A stretch of DNA of 18,414 nt, taken from assembly GCA_016748015.1 (NCBI GenBank), contig JAAOMT010000238.1, positions 1 through 18,414 on the forward strand, written 5' to 3'. The notes under the pieces were generated by a model. That model was not told the origin of the DNA, made no database searches, and saw only the letters and a program-made list of their open reading frames with translations. Below, piece by piece: positions 1 through 8,800 of this stretch (position 1 is its first letter; each line of letters begins with the position of its first letter). The position numbers and the translations under genes are program-made. Origin of the DNA: Geosiphon pyriformis uo1. Its lineage: Eukaryota; Fungi; Glomeromycota.

Positions 1-5
1 CATCA

Positions 6-155
6 CCCTAACCCTAACCCTAACCCTAACCCTAACCCTAACCCTAACCCTAACCCTAACCCTAACCCTAACCCTAACCCTAACCCTAACCCTAACCCTA
101 ACCCTAACCCTAACCCTAACCCTAACCCTAACCCTAACCCTAACCCTAACCCTAA
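6..155. repeat. Telomeric repeat (CCCTAA)25, i.e. TTAGGG on the - strand; left chromosome end
   Basis: 25 perfect CCCTAA units starting at position 6, with the C-rich strand at the 5' end of the window as expected for a left telomere. Confidence 0.95.
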
Positions 156-743
156 CCCTATCCCTATCCCTATCCCTATCCCTAACCCTAACCCTAACCC
201 TAACCCTAACCCTATCCCTATCCCTATCCCTATCCCTAACCCTATCCCTATCCCTATCCCTATCCCTAACCCTATCCCTATCCCTATCCCTAACCCTATC
301 CCTATCCCTATCCCTAACCCTATCCCTATCCCTATCCCTATAAATATCCCCATCCCTATTCCTAACCCTATCCCTAACCCTAACCCTATTCCTAACTCTA
401 TCCCTATCCCTATAAATATCCCTATCCCTATAAATATCCCTATCCTTATCCCTATTTCTATCTCTATTCTTATTTCTATCCCTATCCCTATCCTTATCCC
501 TATTTCTATCTCTATTCTTATTTCTATCCCTATCTCTACCCGTATCTCTATCCTTATTCCTATCTTTATCCTTATTTCTATCTCTATTCTTATTTTTATC
601 CCTAATCTTATCCCTATCCCTATCCCTATCCTTATCCTTATCCTTATCCCTATCCCTATCCCTATCCCTATCCCTATCCCTATCCCTATCCCTATCCCTA
701 TCCCTATCCCTATCCCTATTCCTATTCCTATTCCTATCCTTAT
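156..743. repeat. Telomere-variant array dominated by CCCTAT (ATAGGG), mixed with CCCTAA distally and C>T-decayed proximally
   Basis: The 6-bp phase is unbroken from 6 to 743 (123 units). CCCTAT/CCCTAA are interspersed at 156-341. AAATAT units occur at 342, 414 and 432. TTCTAT/CTCTAT/TCTTAT/CCTTAT variants fill 444-647. Twelve clean CCCTAT units run 648-719. Confidence 0.92.
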
Positions 744-748
744 TTTTT

Positions 749-2499
749 CTTAATCCTTTGCAGTTTTCTATAAGGCTGCATATTAATTTCTCTAACAACT
801 TTCTGACTAGAATAGTGCATATTTTTTAATTAATAAAATGTCTATGACAAACAATTTACTTAATGCTTTTCTTAATTCTGACAAGTATCTTGTCTCTAAT
901 GTCTTAAGGCTTTCTTTGTATTATAATCAAGTTAATTCTTTGAAGAAATTTGGTGTAGCTTTTTGTAAAAAACTTTTAAACAAACGAGGTAAAATCCTGG
1001 ATTGACAAACATTCTGGTGTTAGAAAAGGCTAGATTCCAGAGAACCTCTGCCTTTTTGGTTTATATTGATGTTCAAATTTTTGCATGATAACATTCTTTT
1101 GTCAGCTCTATCCAATAGCAATTTTTTGGTAGATATCAATAATACTTTGTTTTTGGATCAGTTTTCTGTTGTTAAAAATGATTTGCTTGAGATCTGGTTA
1201 GATTCTATTTTTGTTTTTACAGTTGGCTCTTTGAAGGGGCTCAGTTTTGTTGATATGATTGGAGATGCTGTGGCGTTTTTTTTTGAGATTGGATTGGGCA
1301 TTGGGATTAAAGTTGTAAGTTTATTGTCTTCCATAATGACTGAGTTGCAGACTGTTGTCTTGGCACTAGAATGTATACCTTCTTCTTGTTCAGTGAAGAT
1401 GTGCTTAAACAGCCAAGCTGTCTTGGATACATGTGTTTTAGAGTCGAGATTAGATGGCCCTAATTTTCATAATTGTTGTTGGATAGAAAGAAGACATATT
1501 ACGAATTTAATTAATCAAAAAGACATTTCTGTAAGCTGGTTAAAGGTTAAAGGACACTTTGGTATACTAGGTAATGTTCATGTAAATGTGCTGGCAAGCA
1601 CTTCTACTTTTTTCTCTCTGTTTTTGCCAACTAATGTACATGAATGTTTTTTAATGACCAATGGCATGCTGATTTCTGGTAACATTTGACACTTTGTTCG
1701 AGATGTTTTTAGATCTGTAAATTGCACATGCTGAAAAGTTGGTCCTGGTTCTAGAATTTTGAGTGGTTTTTTAATTTGTGATGTTATTTGGGTTAAAACC
1801 ATGGCCATCTGACATCTTGATTCAAGTATGCTTTCAGGTTCTACAAGTAAACATTTAGCTAGTTTGCACTTCTATTTTATAAAAGCAATATATGGTAGAC
1901 TATCTGTTGTGGTTAGAAAGAGGCTTTATAACAAAAACTACCCTGGAGTTTTGTGTTTACAATGTAGAGAAGTTGAGTTCTCCAATTATGTGTTTACTTG
2001 TGGTAAGGAATCTATCTTTCATAAAGAGATTCTATTTAAATATGTGTCAACTTGAAGGTCTTTAATTAGTTCTCATTTTCCAGTTCCTTCTGTGGTCTCA
2101 GAATCTTTTCTCTCGTGTGTGTTTGATATCGGCTTATATGCTCTTCTTTATAAAGATTTTGTGCCAGCAGAGTGGTTTAAGAAAGCTGTACAGATTTTTG
2201 TGGATTGTAAAGAAGCTACCCGAGTTTTAGTTGGCTTTGTATAAAATATGGGTATGCATTACTATTCTGAATTATGAAGATTTAGGTTCAGGTTTAGGGC
2301 CAACATGGAAAGTAACAATCTAGTTAGTGACTTAAGAATGTTGTTATTAGTACATTGTAGTTCAGAGCAAAGTTTGTTAGATGGCATAGTTAGGTTGATT
2401 AGTATTGATGATTCTTTTGGAGTGAGTTTTGGTTTTCATAAGTCTTGTTTGTTTTTTTCCAGTTTGTTTAATATAGTATCTGTTTATATAAGTGCGTAA
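749..2499 (+). pseudogene. E1 ORF2 C-terminal part: RT-RNase H linker, RNase H, C-terminal CCHC zinc finger
   Basis: RNase H motifs: VFTVGSL (YTDGS), TELQTVVLAL (AELxA), LNSQAVL (DSQ), WLKVKGHFGILGN (WVKGHSGxxGN). Decayed CX2C..H..C finger: CLQCREVEFSNYVFTC. Multiple in-frame stops at Trp/Arg/Gln positions. Covers ORF-track pieces 1066-1689, 1828-2055 and 2305-2499. Confidence 0.9.
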
Positions 2500-2507
2500 T
2501 ATCATTT

Positions 2508-2539
2508 TGATTAGTCATATGTAGTAAACATGTGAATCA
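2508..2539 (+). other. 3' UTR stem-loop of E1 (shortened copy)
   Basis: TCATATGT (2515-2522) pairs with ACATGTGA (2528-2535) with one G-U and loop AGTAA. It is extended by TGAT/ATCA. Confidence 0.55.
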
Positions 2540-3148
2540 CATTTAGCTGGAGTCCATAGTTTTGACTCTGTATACTAGATTATGATTGGACTGCACTCAT
2601 TAAATTTTAATAAAAAAAAAATTATATTAAAACTGTATATAAAATTCATAATTTTGTTAACAATTTTAGTATTTCTAAATAAAACAACAATTTTCAAATA
2701 CTAATTTTTAAACATAAAGCTTTTACTCAAAATAGTATATAATATAATAAATTATATATTAAAAACAACTGAAAAATACAAAATACAAACTGATAAAAAT
2801 CAGATATATCTTTTTACAATTTAATATACGCATATAATAAATACTAACAAATAGCAAAGTTTATTATACAAATAAAAACATAATTTAAAAATTCAATTTT
2901 ATTATAATACAAATATAAAATACTTAAATAATTTTAGTAAATAGATGTTTATAAATAGTTACAAGTAAATAATAATATAATACTTTTATAAAATAGTATG
3001 TAAACTCATAGTTTTATTATTTATATATTTAGCAGTCATGTAAAAATTATAGTATTAAATTAAAAAAATCAGATTTAAACAATATTTTTGAACAAAAAAT
3101 TATTTTTAACAGTAATACTAAAATCTATTTTTTATTATATATAATAAA

Positions 3149-3220
3149 TAAACTAAAAAACATTATAAATAAAATAATAAACATTAAACTAAAAAATATT
3201 ATAAACAAAATAATAAATAT
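3149..3220. repeat. 36-bp tandem duplication in the AT-rich spacer
   Basis: TAAACTAAAAAACATTATAAATAAAATAATAAACAT (3149-3184) versus TAAACTAAAAAATATTATAAACAAAATAATAAATAT (3185-3220): 3 differences, all C/T. Confidence 0.85.
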
Positions 3221-3298
3221 TATTAAAAACAACTATTTTTTTAATTGTATTATAAATTTAAATAAATAAATAACAAAAAAATTAAATTAAATTAAAAA

Positions 3299-3685
3299 GC
3301 TGTCTTGGTATCTCATCTCCTTAATAATAATACTGTTAAGACTGTTTAATTTGAGAAAAATCTCCTTTCTATGAAATATGCTTCTAATAATTTTGCCAAT
3401 CTTTTGGTTGACATGTCTAAAGACATTACTTGTCTTAGATCTAAGGTTGACTTTGGTGGCATGAATTATGATAATATATAGGCCGCCAAACTTTTTCTTT
3501 TGAATAAAGACATTGTTGAGTGTGTTATTGCTTTGTGACGGATGTTGGGTGCTGAGATTAAGGGTAGTGTTAAATCTACTAGATTATTTCTTAGTGAGTT
3601 TATTTTTGATTCTAGAAATCTGAATAGTGTTATTGAAAAAATTCGTGGGTTGAGATTATTCCCACCTCTTATTGTTTTAGCGTAG
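3299..3685 (+). pseudogene. Decayed C-terminal reading frame of element X (helical/coiled-coil, possibly ORF1/gag-like)
   Basis: 129 codons with no frameshift: AVLVSHLLNNNTVKTV*FEKNLLSMKYASNNFANLLVDMSKDITCLRSKVDFGGMNYDNI*AAKLFLLNKDIVECVIAL*RMLGAEIKGSVKSTRLFLSEFIFDSRNLNSVIEKIRGLRLFPPLIVLA*. The three internal stops (TAA 3347, TAG 3479, TGA 3536) are each one transition from CAA, CAG/TGG or TGG/CGA. The final stop sits just before the shared tail, as the ORF2 stops do in E1 and E2. Confidence 0.65.
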
Positions 3686-3813
3686 TGTATTCTTGATTGG
3701 TCTAAGTGACTAGTCAATGTAGAAAATGCATGATTAACACTTAGTTTAAATTATTATTTAATTTATTGTTCTAGGTTGTTTTTGGGTTGTACTTATTAAG
3801 CAATAATAATAAA
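3300..3813 (+). mobile_element. Element X: 5'-truncated, probably non-autonomous retroposon sharing the LINE 3' tail
   Basis: Flanked by the 11-bp direct repeat AAATTAAAAAG (3289-3299 and 3814-3824) and ends in (AAT)3A6. Its 3' UTR aligns with those of E2 (21/26 at 3691-3716 vs 10459-10484) and E1 (23/33 ungapped at 3767-3799 vs 2571-2603). The upstream coding region is unlike the ORF2 end. Confidence 0.75.
3702..3744 (+). other. 3' UTR stem-loop of element X (best preserved copy)
   Basis: CTAAGTG-A-CTAGTCA-A-TGTA-[GAAAA]-TGCA-TGATTAA-CACTTAG. The outer 7 bp are perfect, and the stem totals about 17 bp including G-U pairs. Confidence 0.7.
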
Positions 3814-3986
3814 AAATTAAAAAGTAAATTAAATTTGTAAAAATTAATATAAACTTTTTTCTCTTCTACATCCCAAATTTTTTAAAGAGTTTATTTTCAA
3901 AAAAAAAAGTTTTTTTTATTTTCTTTGGTTTTTATTTCAATATTTCTCAAAAACCAAACCTCTTTGTAGTTAAGTTGATTGTCATC

Positions 3987-5818
3987 ATAAGTGGTTTTTT
4001 AGTTAAGAAAAAGCCAGTTAGAGTTTTAGTTTTAAATTCAATTAGTAAAAATTTGGTTTAAAAACAAAAGACTTTACTTGGCAAGATTAAATACTTTGGT
4101 AATAAAACAAATTTGAGTTTTGGTGAGTTAGAATATATTACTAGTTAGTTTAGTAAAATGAAAACAGATGATAATGTTTTTGGATTAATTTATTCAAGTG
4201 GTATTGCTGGCTATAAGACTAAAAATAAAGACAAAAAATGTTTGATTCTAAAACAAATTAATACTGGTACTGTTTTTAGTTCTTTAATTAGTTCTTCCAA
4301 TTTTAATATAGATGATAATAAAGTTTCTCTTCCTTTTTGCTTACTTATTTTTCTGAACAAAAAATAAATTAATCCAAAAGTTATCAAAACTCAAATGAAA
4401 ATATCTGTTAAAATATTTTTTGTTTTAAACATTAATTTCTTAACAGTAAATGACAAATTGGTTATAGTTAAAACTTAGTTCATCAAAAAATTATTTTTAA
4501 TAATTAATAATTTTGGGAAAGTTATTACCTTCTTAAAATTTGAAAAAATCATCAAATTAATATTTAGATTAGAAGAGAACATGAAAAAGGCTGTGTTATT
4601 GGCCAGAAAAAAAAGAATTATTACAAATATTGATCTTAAAAAACAAAAAATTTGTTCAGATTGGGCCATAGTTATCAAAAAATTTTTTATAAATACATTT
4701 AAGGAAATAATTGTTGCCATAGTTGCTAAGTTTGGTTAAATTGTGTTAATCAAAATTCAACTTATTAGATTATGACAAAAGACTGTAATAAAATTTGCCA
4801 AATCAAATTATGCTGAACAGTTAGCTTCTAAATAGTTATTTTTAATTGAAAAAAATTCAGTACATATGACTATAACAGTAGAAAATTATGGAATTTGGGC
4901 ATTCAGAAATTAATTTATAGTGTTTTTGTTTATCTTGCCTATAGAAATAACAGCTCATAATTTGGGTATTTTGTTAAAAGAAGCTGGTAGAAAAATGTGT
5001 ATTATTAATTGTTTTTTTAAAACTAGTAATAGAATTTATTGTGCTGTAATTGGTTTTGATATAGAAAATAGTTTGAAATCTGCTTTTCACATAAAGCAAA
5101 TTTTTGGTGATATAAAACTTTCTTGGATTAGAATGGATTTGGTTTAGTGTAAAAAAAATAAGCATTTTAGATATTCTGCTTTAAAGTGTATTATATAACT
5201 TATATCTACTTCTAAGCTCTTAAAAACATTTAAAAAAACTGCTTTGAATGTGAATTGTTTTTAGTTGACCAAGTTATATACAAAAAAAGATGTTTTTATC
5301 TTCCATTTTATTGTCTTTGGTGGCAAGTTTTGGATTTAAATTGTATTATTAACTTTTGTTTATAATAATATCTTTTTTGGTTTTGGTTTTGGCTTTTTTT
5401 CTTTTGGTTTCCCAATTGCTGTAAAAACTCTTTCTTTTTTATAAGATGTTTTATTAATTAAGTTTCATTTGGCTTTTTTAAAGCACTTGTTGGAATTATT
5501 GGCTGATCAAGTTGTTAGTGTTTTACATAAGATAAATAATATGAACATAGTTCTTTTGGTATCTGTCTTTTGGTTTTCTGCTTTAGCTTTTTCTTAAATA
5601 TAGTTATAAATGTCTTTTGGATTTTGTTTTTATCTTTTTTGTTAGTGATAACTGGTACTTTAAATTTGAATCAAAGCAGTTTTAAAATTTTAACAGCTAA
5701 AATAAGTGGTCTGGAATCGAAATTGGTTGTACTTGAAAGTGCAGTTAAATTAGTTCTTTTTAAGTTGTATTAGATGTGTATTAATTTAGACTTTCTAATA
5801 ATTAAATCTTCTTAATGA
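3987..5818 (+). pseudogene. E2 ORF1 (gag-like: RRM-like domains, CCHC knuckle, C-terminal coiled coil)
   Basis: Colinear with E3 ORF1: IKIQLIRL*QK vs IKLQLIGL*QK; LFILPIEITAHNL vs LYTLSIRTTVHNL; LTAKISGLESKLV vs FTAKIGGLKSKMV. Decayed knuckle CKKNKHFRYSALKC near 5148-5189. The start is inferred at ATA 3987 (ATG>ATA). Confidence 0.75.
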
Positions 5819-8800
5819 CCAATTTTATTTGAAAAATTGTTATGTGTAATATTAAATACATGAACAATTTAACAAAACAAGAGAACATTATTTGTTGGCA
5901 TTTGGAATTTGGCAACATGATTTTTATTTTCACTATAACTAAATTAAAATCTAATATAAGGCCATGAATTGAGATAAAGTTTGATGGTATTTGAATTTTT
6001 ATGTCAGGTCTAAAAGAAGGTTTTCTTAATACTGGTATGGCTATTATTATGAACTATTTCCTAATTCAACATATATTAAAAGTGAAAAAAATTCTTTACA
6101 GAGTTATTTTAGTTTAGTTGTTGTTTAAAAACAAGTTCTCAGTTATGATTTTGGGACTGTATACTAGTGTATCAGCCAAAGTACAGTTTAATTAGACTTT
6201 TAATATTAATTTAGTTATTTTTAAGACAATTGATTCTAGTTCTTTTGTGGTTTTAAGTAGTGATTTCAACAAAAATAGTTCTAAGAAATGTGTAATTTTT
6301 AAAAAATATTCAAACATAAGTTTGGTCAATTCTTTAAGAGAACATTTTTTGATTAAGTTAACTACTTAAAGCAACTTTAAAGGAATTGAAAAGATTATTG
6401 ACTATATTTTTATAAGTGAAAGTCTGTCTTTGGCAATTATTAAATGCAAAATTGGATCTGTAATTGAATTTTTTAATACTAATTATAGAGCAGTTTTGAT
6501 TTTGATTGGATTGAAAAACCTATTAAATGTTTGTTTAAATAGTATTTACAAGCAGGCTAATAAAGATCAGTAGAAGTTTCAAATTAAGGATGCAAATTAG
6601 GCCAAGTAGATTTATTTTAAGGAATGTTTTTCTGTTGAGTTGTTAATAGTATGAATAGTTTTGTGAATGCAAAGAGAAGAAAAAATTTGTGTAGGATGTA
6701 AAATGTATTAAAAAAGATAGTAGTTGACTTGGTTAATAAAATTTTCTCTAAACATTGGTTCTGTAAACTAGACTGCTCAAAAAATAAGCAATCTTCAAAA
6801 TTTTACAAGCTGTAATTATTGGTTGCTAAGATAGTAAAAAGTTTGAGTTTGAAAAAAATGTCTAATTTTGAATTGCTGGTTAAAATCTGGTCTATTATTG
6901 ATAATACTAAGGCTTTCAAGGTTGTCATTTTATTCTGTAATAGTATAAGACTTATGAAAATAATCAAATATTTATCAAAAATCAAGTAAAGATATTGAAA
7001 ATTAAAGCATTATGAATCAAAAATAGCCAAAAGCACATCTATCAAAATATAATTAAAAAATGAATGAAAAATTTTAATTAAAACAAAAAAAACATAATAA
7101 GAAGTGTCTTAAAATGACTTTTTGCAAAGTTGTTTTAGATTATTTGGTAATTGAGAAGAAGATGGTTTTGGAATCAGAAGAAATAAAGTCTAAAGTTGAT
7201 AGTATTATAGTAGATTAAACAAAAAAATATAAGATCTCTATGGTTTTGCTTGATTTGTAAGTTTATCAATATGTACCTTTAATATATGTAAAAAATAATG
7301 CTTTTTCTAATATAATGAATAACATTGGCTTGAAAAAATAGGTCTCAATAATCAGTAAGTTATCTGATAACAAAGCTGCTGGTTTTTTTGGTATATTAAA
7401 TAAGTTGTGAAAACACTGTGATGATAAAATAATAAGATGTCTTTTGGATCTACTCAATTTTTGTTTAAAACTTAGTAATGTTTCGGATTTTTGAAAAGAA
7501 TATGAGTTTTGATAATTTTTAAGTCTTACAAACAGGATGGCATTTTAATTAACACTTGGCCTATTATTTTAATTAAAACTACAAGAAAAATTTTATTTAA
7601 GATTCTATTAAATTATATTTTATTTGTTTGTAGCAAGTTTAATGTTATTTGTAATAATAATTTTTCTGTCTTAAAAGATATTTCAACCTAATTTCCTGTG
7701 TTTGCTATTAGTTTATTAATAAAAAATGCTTTGGAAAAAGACTAAAAGATCTGATTGGTTTTACAAGATATGTACAAAGCTTATAATTTAGTTGGATAGT
7801 ATTATTTGAGATCAAGTTTGGAATGTATTAAGATGTATAATAGGTTTATTAAGTTTTTTAGGAATATTTATGAGAACAAAGTCAACAGAATAATGATTGA
7901 TTTTGGTCTTTTAAATGGTTACAGAATTTATAATAGACTGGATTTAAATGAGATTTTTTTGTCACTTCTTTGGAAAAATTTTTATGATCTTTTGTTGTAC
8001 AAGATTAAAAAACATAAACATTTGTATAAATATAGAATTAACTCTAATTTTATGGCAAAAATAGACAGGGTAAAGATTAGTGAAAAGAGTTTTTTATTTT
8101 TTACTACTGGTGTTTTTGTGAATAACACAATATAAGTGAAGAATAATTAGACTTTAACACAATATATTTTGAATATTGTGAGTGAGTTTTTTAGATTAAA
8201 TAGTATTTTTATTAATAATAATAAAACAGTAGTTATCTTTATTAACCAAGACTTTTTTACACATTAGTAGCCATCCAATCTCTGTAGCCAAACATAATAA
8301 ATTTTATAGATATTTGGGTATTTTTTTGTTAACAGAAAGTTTGTTTAAACTGAGTTTAACAAAAGCACAATTAGATGTTAGATTCTTCTTAAATATGGTT
8401 CTTAAAAAAACATTGTTAGATAAACAGTTCTTCTATTTGGTTTCAGTAGTTTTACAACTTATAATAAGTTATAAAACTCAGTTTAGCTTTATATCTAAAA
8501 GTATATGTTGTAAATAAGATGTTATAATAAGAAAGAGACTCAAGTTTAAGACTAATCTGTCAAAAAATTTTCTCAATAAGGCTTTGTACTACCCATTTCT
8601 ATATAATTTGAAGTTTTTTAAACAAGTTTAGACTGAGGCCAAGATAGTTTTGGTGATTGATTTTTCTAATGCTGCTGGAATTTTTGGCTGACTGTTTAAA
8701 TACTGTGTTTTGAATTTTTTACAATACCTAATCAAATTAAAAGTCAACTCAAAAAATAATTTTTTGGCAGATGTTATAAAAATTTTTTAAACACTAAGAT

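Larger units (their letters stand above)
744..2621 (+). mobile_element. E1: 5'-truncated, decayed non-LTR retrotransposon (LINE with RNase H), capped by the telomeric array
   Basis: From 749 it reads [19 protein letters not shown], homologous to E3 at 15966 (LNFLQFLVKLYVSPVNNFL). It continues through RNase H and CCHC to the stop at 2499, a 3' UTR, and A10 at 2612-2621. Confidence 0.9.

Noticed and set aside
1-5. CATCA before the first telomere repeat
   Set aside because: Too short to interpret. It is probably end-of-contig noise or an adapter remnant, and only matters as a caveat on whether the array is truly terminal.
3-353. 116-aa Gly-Leu/Gly-Ile ORF on the - strand
   Set aside because: It is simply the translation of TTAGGG/ATAGGG repeats; the ATG comes from a single CCCCAT variant.
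2530-2542. Palindrome ATGTGA-A-TCACAT resembling bacterial CRP half-sites
   Set aside because: Wrong spacing, eukaryotic context, and not conserved in E2 or X. It is part of the 3' UTR hairpin region.
3686-3990. Self-cleaving ribozyme (hammerhead/HDV) at element ends
   Set aside because: No CUGANGA/GAAA core or HDV nested pseudoknot is recognisable. C/G loss could hide one, so only a consensus-based Infernal search could settle it.
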